Assembly: GCA_015059485.1 (NCBI GenBank)
Contig: SVAH01000003.1
Span: 57,627-121,626 of the forward strand
DNA from: Bacillota bacterium
GTDB taxonomy: Bacteria; Bacillota_I; Bacilli_A; RF39; UBA660
DNA length: 64,000 nucleotides
Reading direction: 5' to 3'
Made by a program: the position numbers and the translations under genes. Of the stretch, positions 1 through 8,322 are shown piece after piece (position 1 is the stretch's first letter; every line of letters begins with the position of its first letter). The notes under the pieces are model-generated. The model searched no databases. It was not told the DNA's origin and saw only the letters and a program-made list of their open reading frames with translations.

Positions 1-13
1 TAGAAAGATTATT

Positions 14-496
14 TATATTTGGATTAATTCCAAGTAATAAAACATTATTTTTTTCTTTTTTTAATATTAATTTAAGAATTAATTGTATATTAATAAATTC
101 ATTAAATTTTATAAAAGTATATTTTTTATCTTTATAATATATTAAATAGTTATCATTAATTTCAATATGAGGTTTATTATCTACTAAATTTTTAGTATTT
201 ATCAATTTTATATCTTTAAAATTACATTCTAGAAAAACATCTAATATTATTTTTTTATCTATATATTTCAAGTTTGGTCCATAAATAATTATGGCATGTT
301 GGTTTGCAAATATTTTTGTTAATTTGTTATTTTTTAGTATATTATTAATCCTTTTTATTAATATTTTTGGCTTTATTATTCTTCCATCACATATATAATT
401 TGTAAATACATACTTACTAATTTCTTTAGTTTTTACATTATATACAAATAAAATATTATCTACAAAATAGAAGATGCATTCTATTTTTTTATTCAT
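14..496 (-). CDS. hypothetical protein, 160 aa (ORF absent from the supplied track)
   Basis: Hand translation of the minus strand. The ATG at 496-494 overlaps the TAA stop of the upstream gene by 1 nt (TAATG). The frame MNKKIECIFYFVDNILFVYNVKTKEISKYVFTNYICDGRIIKPK... stays open to TAA at 16-14. No recognisable motif. Confidence 0.4.
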
Positions 497-1128
497 TAAT
501 TATCTAATTCTTCTACATTCATTTCAAAGAAGTCAAGTGGATTTACTAAATTTCCATTAATATATACTTCCATAAGTAGACTATATTTTTTTTCATTTTC
601 TAATTTGTTTGTACCACTTTTGCCAATAACTGATCCTTGCTCTACTTCATCACCAATTTTTAAATTTGTTGATTCTAATGAATAGTACACTAATGTTGTT
701 TTAGTATTATATTCAATATATACTACTTTTCCCAAGATTTCATCATCTTTAATGTTAGTCACTGTTCCTGATAGTGAAGCTAAAACATCAAATTCTTCAT
801 CACTTGAATATAAAACTCCAGTATTTTGCATATATGTATTTTCATAATAAATTATTGAAGATTCTTTTGACGTATCATCTGCATCTTTATTATAAAAATA
901 CTTACTAATAGTTACATTTTCTTTATCAAAAGGTTTAGATATTGTTTCATTTTCAACATTTATTACGGGACTGATATTTTTGGTAAAAACACTTGTAACA
1001 AAATGATAGTCTAATAAATCTTCTTTTTTTACCTTACTTCCTATGAAAAGTATACTAATAAAAAATACTGAAATAGTTAGCATATAAATTGTTGGCAATA
1101 CAAATGGTCTTAATTTTCTTTTTTTCAT
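496..1128 (-). CDS. membrane-anchored degenerate LytM/M23-domain protein (SpoIIQ-like)
   Basis: N-terminal TM (LRPFVLPTIYMLTISVFFISILFIG). C-terminal M23 fold pattern (GTVTNI..GKVVYIEY..LVYYSL..IGDEVEQGSVIGKSG..LLMEVYINGNLVNP) in which the catalytic His positions are replaced (IEY, YYSL, LLMEV). Lies directly downstream of spoIID. Confidence 0.6.
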   Translation of the reverse strand: MKKRKLRPFVLPTIYMLTISVFFISILFIGSKVKKEDLLDYHFVTSVFTKNISPVINVENETISKPFDKENVTISKYFYNKDADDTSKESSIIYYENTYMQNTGVLYSSDEEFDVLASLSGTVTNIKDDEILGKVVYIEYNTKTTLVYYSLESTNLKIGDEVEQGSVIGKSGTNKLENEKKYSLLMEVYINGNLVNPLDFFEMNVEELDN

Positions 1129-1178
1129 TGGTCATTCTCCTCCTAGTAATAAGTTTGACCAATATTTAAAAGATTATA

Positions 1179-2087
1179 CTATATTTTAGAAAAATCTATA
1201 TTTTGATAATAATAATTCAATATTTCATGATAGTTATATCCTTCTTTTGCCATTCCATTTGCTCCATATTGGCTCATTCCAACACCATGACCATATCCCT
1301 TTGTTTTAATAATAACTTCCGATTCTGATATTTGAATTTTAAAATCTGTTGATCTTAAGTCTAATAATTTTCTAAAATCTGTACCATTAAATACTTTTGA
1401 ATTAATTATTATTTCAGTTGTTCTTCCTGTTTTATCATATTTTTGATTGTTGATAACTATGCTTTGACAGTTGATAAATAATTTATTACAAAAATCTTCT
1501 GTGGAAATCTTGGCGATAACTTCATAATTCTTTAATGAAGGATTATCCCACTGAGATTTAACACTTTTTAAATAAGGATAACTTTCTTTAAAAACTGATG
1601 CTACTTCTTCTGTATAACCATTACTCATTGAAAAATAGAATGATTTTATTACTTCACCGTTATATGTCATAATTTCATTTTTAGTATCATTCACAGCTTT
1701 TTTTACTTTTCTATAATACTCTTCATAATCATCTTGCCATTTTTCTTTCATTTGCTCATTTGTGATATATGCTTGATCTGATATATCAGATATTACATCA
1801 TAAGTTTTATCTGAGTGTATCATTTTATAATATGCGTATGTCCTAGATGCTATTGCTTGAGCTTTCAATGCTTCCATATCAAAAGAAGCTGGCATTTCTG
1901 CTGCAACAACGCCAACTACATAATCTTCTAATTCTTTATTTTCTACATTTCCTGTAATACCATCTTTTACATCAATTCTCTTTGAAAAATCATTTACTTC
2001 AATTTCTTTTAAAATAGTACTTTTAGGCTCTACTGCTAAAATAACTGATAGAATAGTTACTACTGCTAATAATACCTTATTTTTCAT
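1179..2087 (-). CDS. spoIID: stage II sporulation protein D (SpoIID/LytB domain lytic transglycosylase)
   Basis: Signal/TM N-terminus. Characteristic motifs VVAAEMP..EALKAQAIASRTYA, FYFSMSNGYTE, GHGVGMSQYGANGMA. Confidence 0.9.
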   Translation of the reverse strand: MKNKVLLAVVTILSVILAVEPKSTILKEIEVNDFSKRIDVKDGITGNVENKELEDYVVGVVAAEMPASFDMEALKAQAIASRTYAYYKMIHSDKTYDVISDISDQAYITNEQMKEKWQDDYEEYYRKVKKAVNDTKNEIMTYNGEVIKSFYFSMSNGYTEEVASVFKESYPYLKSVKSQWDNPSLKNYEVIAKISTEDFCNKLFINCQSIVINNQKYDKTGRTTEIIINSKVFNGTDFRKLLDLRSTDFKIQISESEVIIKTKGYGHGVGMSQYGANGMAKEGYNYHEILNYYYQNIDFSKI

Positions 2088-2096
2088 AGGGTCTCC

Positions 2097-2294
2097 TTAA
2101 AAAATTTTTGTACAATTTATAAAATCATATATAAAATTAGTTACTAGATAACTAAATGCAAAGCTTAGTATAAATACTATTATTCTTGCTTCTATATTTT
2201 TATTTACTCTTAAAAATTTACTAAAATCAATTGCACTAAATGTATAAATCGATAAAAATGTAAAAAATACATATAAATATATTTTATAGTTCAT
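2097..2294 (-). CDS. small hypothetical membrane protein
   Basis: Two hydrophobic segments (YLYVFFTFLSIYTFSAI, IIVFILSFAFSYLVTNFI). Start moved to the internal Met (MNYKIY) to avoid about 70 nt of overlap with rpiB. No family recognised. Confidence 0.35.
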   Translation of the reverse strand: MNYKIYLYVFFTFLSIYTFSAIDFSKFLRVNKNIEARIIVFILSFAFSYLVTNFIYDFINCTKIF

Positions 2295-2739
2295 TATATT
2301 CTCCATTTTCATATTTAATGATTTTTTCAACACGTTTTTTATGTCTTGTTTCACTTACTGGTTTTGTTGAAATAAATAAATTAACCATTTCCATTACTTC
2401 ATCAATTTCATGTCCATCAGCACCAATAGCAATGATATTAGCACCATTATGTGTTTTTGCTTTAAATACGTCATCAGAATTTACAACTCTTGCACATCTA
2501 ATTCCTTTAACTTTATTAGCAGCAATTGATATTCCTATTCCGTTTCCACATATTAAAATTCCTAAATTATCCCCATCAAGTACTTTTTTTCCTACATCAA
2601 AAGCAAAATCAGGATAATCATCTGTATCACTATTTGGTATACTTGTTTCCACAACTTCAAATCCATCTTCTACTAAATTCTTTATAATTTCTTTTCTTAA
2701 ATTAACTCCTCGATGGTCACTACCTATTATTATCTTCAT
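2284..2739 (-). CDS. rpiB: ribose-5-phosphate isomerase B
   Basis: MKIIIGSDHRG...GILICGNGIGISIAANKVKGIRCA, typical of the RpiB/LacAB family. Confidence 0.9.
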   Translation of the reverse strand: MKIIIGSDHRGVNLRKEIIKNLVEDGFEVVETSIPNSDTDDYPDFAFDVGKKVLDGDNLGILICGNGIGISIAANKVKGIRCARVVNSDDVFKAKTHNGANIIAIGADGHEIDEVMEMVNLFISTKPVSETRHKKRVEKIIKYENGEYNEL

Positions 2740-2742
2740 TAT

Positions 2743-3744
2743 TTATTCCTCTCTTTCCATGGCTTCCTTAAATTTTGGAAGTAATCCTATATTATTTGTT
2801 CTGTGAGGTGGAAGTCCATATAAATCATGTCCAGGAAATTCATTTGCTTCAATAAAACAAATATCGCCATTATTTGTTACACATACATCCCAACCTATGT
2901 ATCCAACTTCTGGCACTTCTAGCGCTGCTTCTTCGCAAAAATCTTTAACTTCATTCCATTTTGGTACTTTAAACCCAACTATTTTCTTATTAGTTAAAGG
3001 ATGAGTATCATATAAGTTTCCTTTTTTATCTATTGCTTTATAAATAATTTCTCCACTTTCAACTTCAATTGGTACACATAATCCTTCATGATTAAAATTA
3101 TCAACATGATTATGATTATTGCCAATTCTAAGAAGTGCAGTTACTACTTTTCCTTTTAATGTAACTACTCTAAGTGTATTAATTGAATCTGGATGCAATT
3201 CTTTAATTTTTCTATTTTGCTCAACTAATTCTTCGGCCAAAATCTGATTACTTGTATACAATTTATCATGTAGTTTTTTAATATTTTGCTTTTTAACTTC
3301 AATTACTTCTACACCTTTTCCACAAGATTCTTTAGTTGGTTTAGCTATAAATTTTGAATGTTTCTTACAAAATTCTTCAAATTCATTATAATTATCTTCT
3401 TTTATTTCTAACCAATCTCTTTTTAGATATTTATCAAATATTTTATTAAATTCTATTTTATCATTAAATATCTTCATATATTTTGGATCATTATATTTTT
3501 TTATTATTTCATTATTAATACCACGAGTTATTACAGTACGTCTTTGATACTTATTCATAGTATACATTTCAAATAAATTGTAATCTATATATCCAGCTTG
3601 ATATTTTATTCCACAATATACAATATCAAAGAAAATTAATAATTTACTTTTATTTGTTTTTTTGTGTACATCTGATATTGTATTAAAAAATCCTTTATAA
3701 TTCATTTTAAAAATTCTTTTAAATAAATATTTTATTTTTCTCAT
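2743..3744 (-). CDS. ATP-grasp domain protein (sugar-transfer-associated / TupA-like ATP-grasp family)
   Basis: N-terminal pattern SKLLIFFDIVYCGIKYQAGYIDYNLFE and C-terminal ATP-grasp-like FIEANEFPG match my memory of this family. Not verified by search. Confidence 0.6.
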   Translation of the reverse strand: MRKIKYLFKRIFKMNYKGFFNTISDVHKKTNKSKLLIFFDIVYCGIKYQAGYIDYNLFEMYTMNKYQRRTVITRGINNEIIKKYNDPKYMKIFNDKIEFNKIFDKYLKRDWLEIKEDNYNEFEEFCKKHSKFIAKPTKESCGKGVEVIEVKKQNIKKLHDKLYTSNQILAEELVEQNRKIKELHPDSINTLRVVTLKGKVVTALLRIGNNHNHVDNFNHEGLCVPIEVESGEIIYKAIDKKGNLYDTHPLTNKKIVGFKVPKWNEVKDFCEEAALEVPEVGYIGWDVCVTNNGDICFIEANEFPGHDLYGLPPHRTNNIGLLPKFKEAMEREE

Positions 3745-3803
3745 ATTATCCCTCTAAAAGTATTATATCATTTATTGAAAAAATTAAAAGAAAAAAACCG
3801 CAA

Positions 3804-4025
3804 TTAAGCAGTTTTCTTTTCGTCTGTAAGTCCATATTTTTTGTTGAACTTTTCAATATTACCAGTTTTTTTAGCTCTTCCTTGAGCACCTGTATAGAAT
3901 GGATGACATTCAGAACAAACTTCTACTTCAATTCCATCTAATTTAGTAGATTTAGTTTTGAATGTTGCTCCACAAGCACATTTAACTGTAATTTCTTGCA
4001 TTTCTGGATGTAAATTCTTTTTCAT
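3804..4025 (-). CDS. rpmE: 50S ribosomal protein L31
   Basis: [19 protein letters not shown]...[18 protein letters not shown] sits 8 nt upstream of the ATG at 4025. The longer track ORF start (4100) lacks an RBS. Confidence 0.95.
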   Translation of the reverse strand: MKKNLHPEMQEITVKCACGATFKTKSTKLDGIEVEVCSECHPFYTGAQGRAKKTGNIEKFNKKYGLTDEKKTA

Positions 4026-4120
4026 TAATAATTCTCCTTTCGCCATGTTATATTCATAACATAGTATTTTTTGCTCATCCACTGTATTATACCATATCAT
4101 GATATTTTATCAACTATTAT

Positions 4121-4633
4121 TTACTTAATTTTTAAACTTTTTTTAACTTTTCCCACTACAAATACTATTTTATCGCATTTTTTTACTGCAATATTCTTTC
4201 CAATTGCTTTTCCACCAACTGTTAATGTTGATATAGCTGATGCGACTACTATTGAAATAATTGCAATATTTATTTTACTTGTATATGAAATAGCTACAGC
4301 TAAAGTTGCTCCTAATGTACCACTAAGTATTCCACATATATCTCCAATAACATCATTACAAATACTACTAATTTTAGCAGAATTTCTAAGTAATGTTATA
4401 CATTCTTTAGCTCCATATTTCTTTTTAGAAGCTAAAGCATGAAATCCTTCTTCTTTACTTGTTAATACTGATACTCCTACCATATCAAATATAATCCCTA
4501 TAAATATTACAAGAAGCAAGATAATTGCAAGTACTAGATTATTTACATTTGATATAAGTGTTGCAATAGTGCCAAATATAGCAGCTAAAACAAATGTTAA
4601 TATAAATATTTTAATAATCCACTTATCTTTCAT
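4121..4633 (-). CDS. small four-TM membrane protein, DUF21/CNNM-TM-like, Lys-rich C-terminal tail (OapA-like candidate)
   Basis: Four hydrophobic helices. The loop LTSKEEGFHALASKKKYGAKECITLLRNSAKISS resembles the DUF21 pattern (sls..l..la..g.kgAk..l.ll.n). Basic tail KAIGKNIAVKKCDKIVFVVGKVKKSLKIK. GGAGAG RBS precedes the ATG at 4633; the track start at 4645 is a TTG inside the RBS. Confidence 0.6.
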   Translation of the reverse strand: MKDKWIIKIFILTFVLAAIFGTIATLISNVNNLVLAIILLLVIFIGIIFDMVGVSVLTSKEEGFHALASKKKYGAKECITLLRNSAKISSICNDVIGDICGILSGTLGATLAVAISYTSKINIAIISIVVASAISTLTVGGKAIGKNIAVKKCDKIVFVVGKVKKSLKIK

Positions 4634-4649
4634 AATTCTCTCCAAAACA

Positions 4650-5147
4650 TAAAAAAAATGAATGGTCTACTATAAATTAATTTTATGGCTTAGGTCGAGT
4701 AGAATTTCTCCATTATCTACCTTAGGTTACCCACCGGCGATTTCTCTTTAAAGATAACGGCTAGTCGTTTCCGAGTTAGCGACTCGATTACCACTTAGTC
4801 CATACCTCAAAACTTATAGTAATACACTCTAGAGGTTTTCCCAAACACATAGTGACTGTCCTTATTCGCTTTTGCAATTTTTGTTTCATTCGAAATTCAA
4901 ATTGTAACTTTATCGTGAAATCGAAATCCCCAAAAATCACTCACGACATGTGCTTTTTTCACTTATTCGCGCAGTACAAGGAATATTTTATATGCCATTA
5001 TAAGGTATCCTTATACTTTAAATCATATATCCACCCCAATCTGGGCGAAAGAAGCAGATATACAAAGTGCGTTTTGCACAATTGGTAGATTTTTAGCCCT
5101 ACCTTCAAACAATGTATGTGACTAGAATAATGCACCACACATTATAC
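4650..5147 (-). ncRNA. candidate large structured non-coding RNA / long leader (OLE-like?), about 500 nt
   Basis: A 550-bp gap with no credible ORF. Visibly GC-richer than its surroundings (e.g. ccaccggcga, ggctagtcgtttccgagttagcgactcg). Many local hairpins on the minus strand (AAUGUGUG/CAUACAUU, UAUAAGG-aua-CCUUAUA, CGAGU-cgcua-ACUCG, CAAUUU/AAAUUG, GGUAG/CUACC). A perfect promoter lies upstream. No internal terminator before the downstream 4-TM gene. Ends are approximate. Confidence 0.5.
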
Positions 5148-5151
5148 GTAA

Positions 5152-5180
5152 ATTATAGCATATTATTATTATTTTGTCAA
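5152..5180 (-). promoter_or_regulatory. consensus sigma-A promoter with extended -10 (TTGACA-17-TGCTATAAT)
   Basis: Minus strand reads cTTGACAaaataataataataTGCTATAATttacgta. The -35 is at 5180-5175 and the -10 at 5157-5152, with an exact 17-nt spacer. Both hexamers are perfect and a TGn is present. Confidence 0.7.
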
Positions 5181-5195
5181 GTTTGTGTAAACGCT

Positions 5196-6452
5196 TTATT
5201 CTTCTATTTTAATATCAGCTCCAACATTTGACAGTTTTTCAATAATATTTTCATAACCTCTTAAAATATGCTCAACATTACTTATTTCTGTTTGCCCTTC
5301 AGCTATTAATCCCGCAAGTACCATTGCAGCTCCAGCTCTTAAATCTGTTGCTTTAACTTTTTTTCCCTTATACTCTGTTTTTCCACAAATTATTTCTGTA
5401 TTGTCTTTAACTTCTATATTAGCTCCCATATTATTTAAATACTTTACATGTCCCATTCTATTATCATAAATAGTTTCTTCAAAAAATGATACACCATTTG
5501 CTTGTGTTAATAGTACACACATTGGTTGTCCCATATCTGTAACAAATCCTGGGAATACTTGTGATTTTATTGACGTATGCTTTATCTTTTCAGCGGCACT
5601 TATCGTTAACTCAAAATCTTTAATATTATATTTTATTCCCATTTCATCAAACTTAGATAATAATGACTCTAAATGTTCTTCTATTACGCCATTAATTTTT
5701 AAGTTATCACCAATTAAAGCTCCAGCTATTATATATGTTGCTGCTTCTATTCTATCTGGAATTACTTCAATTATTCCTTTATGTAAATAATCAACTCCTG
5801 TTATTTTTATTTCACTGGTTCCTGCGCCAGTTATTTTAGCTCCCATATTATTTAAAAATGTTGCTATATTAACAATTTCTGGTTCTTTTGCTGCATTATA
5901 TATTACTGTTTTTCCTTTAGCTTTTACTGCGGCAAGCATTATGTTTATAGTTGCACCAACTGATGGAAAATCGAGATATATTTTACTTCCTTTTAACTCA
6001 TCAGCATGTATTATATATTTATCATCTTCAATTGTAATAGTAGCACCTAATTGTTCAAATCCTTTTAAATGAAAATTAATTGGTCTAGAACTTTTTCCGA
6101 TGTTACATCCTCCTGGTAAAGCTATTTCAACATGCTTACATTTTCCAAGTAACGCTCCCATAAAATAATAAGAAGCTCTCAATTTAGAAGAAAGATCTTC
6201 TTTTATATATACATTTTCTAACTTAGAACTATCAATTATTAAAGAATCTTTTTCATCTGTAACATTACAATTTAGTGTTTCTAATATATTTATTAGTGCT
6301 TTTTTATCAGTGATATTAGGCACATTATATATTGTAGTATTTTCATCAGAAAGAATTGCTGCGGGTATTAAAGCCACAGCGCTATTCTTAGCTCCACCAA
6401 TGTTAATAGTACCACTAAGTTTATTACCACCATTAATTATTATTTTTTTCAT
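5196..6452 (-). CDS. murA: UDP-N-acetylglucosamine 1-carboxyvinyltransferase
   Basis: MKKIIINGGNKLSGTINIGGAKNSAVA..., active-site region LPGGCNIGKSSRPIN. The ATG at 6452 has an AAAGGA RBS. The GTG at 6461 is too close to the RBS. Confidence 0.95.
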   Translation of the reverse strand: MKKIIINGGNKLSGTINIGGAKNSAVALIPAAILSDENTTIYNVPNITDKKALINILETLNCNVTDEKDSLIIDSSKLENVYIKEDLSSKLRASYYFMGALLGKCKHVEIALPGGCNIGKSSRPINFHLKGFEQLGATITIEDDKYIIHADELKGSKIYLDFPSVGATINIMLAAVKAKGKTVIYNAAKEPEIVNIATFLNNMGAKITGAGTSEIKITGVDYLHKGIIEVIPDRIEAATYIIAGALIGDNLKINGVIEEHLESLLSKFDEMGIKYNIKDFELTISAAEKIKHTSIKSQVFPGFVTDMGQPMCVLLTQANGVSFFEETIYDNRMGHVKYLNNMGANIEVKDNTEIICGKTEYKGKKVKATDLRAGAAMVLAGLIAEGQTEISNVEHILRGYENIIEKLSNVGADIKIEE

Positions 6453-6495
6453 ATTATCCACTATCCTTTGTTACTTATATTTTATAATATAACTT

Positions 6496-7029
6496 TCAAA
6501 TAATCAAATACATTGCCATTATTAAAAGAATTATTATTCCAAATATCGAAGATAATCTTCCAATTTTTTCGTTTATATATTTACCAATTATTATTCCTAA
6601 CATAGTAAAAATGAAGCTAATTATCATGAAGATCATACTTGCATTGTAAATATTACCGGTTAAAGCCTGCAATCCTATACCAGTAGTAAATGCATCGAAA
6701 CTAACACTAATTGATATAATAAACATTCCTAAAACATTTAGTGAAATTTTATCTTCTTGTTCTATATATAAATCATAAATCATTTTAAATGCTAACACTA
6801 AAAAAATTACTCCTAGAAAAAAATTATGTTCTAACGGCAAAATTTTTAATACAATTTTGCCTATTTTCGTTCCTAAAAGAGGCATAATAAAATGCATTAA
6901 TCCAATCAAAAATGATAGTATAAAGCCTTTTTTTATGTCAATGTTTGCAGTACCTAAACTAAGTGAAAAAGAGAATGTATCCATACTAAGAGCAATTGCA
7001 ATAAGTGGTATTGTAATGATTTCTTGCAT
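6496..7029 (-). CDS. DUF204 membrane protein (YtaF / MntP family)
   Basis: IALSMDTFSFSLSLG and the second half-repeat SISVSFDAFTTGIG are typical of the two-repeat DUF204 fold. Adjacent to spoIIR, as expected for the sporulation YtaF type. Confidence 0.7.
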   Translation of the reverse strand: MQEIITIPLIAIALSMDTFSFSLSLGTANIDIKKGFILSFLIGLMHFIMPLLGTKIGKIVLKILPLEHNFFLGVIFLVLAFKMIYDLYIEQEDKISLNVLGMFIISISVSFDAFTTGIGLQALTGNIYNASMIFMIISFIFTMLGIIIGKYINEKIGRLSSIFGIIILLIMAMYLII

Positions 7030-7068
7030 AATAAAAAGCCTCCTAGAAAAATATATTCCAGAATGCGC

Positions 7069-7566
7069 TTATTTATTATTTAATATTTTGCTAACTAAAG
7101 TTGTATATTCTATATCTGTAGTATTTTCATCATCGATTAAACATAATGGTGGATATAAAACGCACCACCAATTTTCTCCTAAACCGCTTCCTATTGTTAT
7201 AACTAATGATTCATAGTTTCCCGATTCATAATTTATTCCTTTATATGTTTTTTCTGGGAAAAAATTACTACCAAATGTTACTTTATATTCATCTGTATAT
7301 CGATTAACTATTGAATTTATTTTATTTAAATTGTTTACAATTAATTGCCTACTTTCATCTATATTACTTGATTTTTCAAGTATCGGCATAACTTCTTTAT
7401 TAATATCATTTTTAATTTTTAATTTTAAAGCCTGATCTTCTAAATTATTACTATTAGCAATAATTCTATATCTTATAGATGCTGCTGGAATAATCATTTC
7501 ATCTTGTTTATTAAAATATAAAAATACTATTGTTAAAATAAATAAAAACACTACTATTTTTTTCAT
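7069..7566 (-). CDS. spoIIR: stage II sporulation protein R
   Basis: Signal peptide, then IRYRIIANSNNLEDQALKLKIKN and GENWWCVLYPPLCL motifs. Confidence 0.9.
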   Translation of the reverse strand: MKKIVVFLFILTIVFLYFNKQDEMIIPAASIRYRIIANSNNLEDQALKLKIKNDINKEVMPILEKSSNIDESRQLIVNNLNKINSIVNRYTDEYKVTFGSNFFPEKTYKGINYESGNYESLVITIGSGLGENWWCVLYPPLCLIDDENTTDIEYTTLVSKILNNK

Positions 7567-7605
7567 ATTATCACCTAAAATAATAGTGTTATAATTTATT
7601 AATTT

Positions 7606-8322
7606 TTATTCACTTTTGACATATATAAATCTATCAAATCCAGAATAATCTTTTTTACATTCGATAATTGCCTGTGGATAATATTTTTTTACTATGTTTA
7701 TAACTTGTTCTTTTTGTTGATAACCTATTTCAAAGGCATAATATTTTGCTTTAAATTTTCTTATTATATTATCATAAAATATTAATCCATTATTATCCGC
7801 AAATAATGCTATTTGTGGTTCATATTTAGTTGATTTGCCAACTGTTTCGTTTTTATCAATATATGGTGGATTTGAAACTACAATATCATATTTAATATCA
7901 ATATCATCAGTTAATACATCATGATTAAAAAACTTAACATTAGTTCCATTCAATAGTGCATTTTCACGTGCTACTTTAAGTGCATCTTCAGATATGTCAA
8001 TTGCACAAACTGTTGCATCTTCAAATTTCTTTTTTAAAGATATGGCTATGCATCCACTTCCTGTGCAAACATCAACTATTCTAAGATTCTTTTTATCTAG
8101 TTCTTTAATAAATTGTATTAAATCATTTGTCATTATTTCAGTTTCAAATCTTGGAATTAGTACTCTTTCATCAACAAAAAATTTATTATCACAAAATTCT
8201 ACATCACCAATTAAATATTGATATGGATAGTTTTTATTAAAATATTCTTCTAACTTATTAGAAGAATATTTATTTGTTAATATATCCCAATCTTTAAACG
8301 AAATATATTCTGGCTTATTCAT
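7606..8322 (-). CDS. prmC: peptide chain release factor N5-glutamine methyltransferase
   Basis: SAM motif VDVCTGSGCIA and catalytic NPPY (VVSNPPYI). Overlaps the prfA stop by 8 nt. Confidence 0.9.
   Translation of the reverse strand: MNKPEYISFKDWDILTNKYSSNKLEEYFNKNYPYQYLIGDVEFCDNKFFVDERVLIPRFETEIMTNDLIQFIKELDKKNLRIVDVCTGSGCIAISLKKKFEDATVCAIDISEDALKVARENALLNGTNVKFFNHDVLTDDIDIKYDIVVSNPPYIDKNETVGKSTKYEPQIALFADNNGLIFYDNIIRKFKAKYYAFEIGYQQKEQVINIVKKYYPQAIIECKKDYSGFDRFIYVKSE

Noticed and set aside
4852-5088. 78-aa plus-strand ORF inside the murA-downstream gap
   Set aside because: It has no RBS and lies on the opposite strand to all neighbours. The product is Cys/Phe/His-rich and looks like nonsense. 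It sits within the GC-enriched, hairpin-rich segment, which is better explained as RNA.
4650-5147. RNase P RNA, T-box, M-box or yybP-ykoY riboswitch identity for the non-coding segment
   Set aside because: The universal RNase P core GGAAAGUCC and the ACAUGGCUUA-type 3-prime element are absent on both strands. There is a T-box-like UUGGGGUGGAU, but without the ACCGCG continuation, a specifier/AGAGA box or a downstream aaRS gene. I found no M-box blocks (GUUAGGUGAGGCU, GCUAAAGCUCUACG) and no Mn-riboswitch core.
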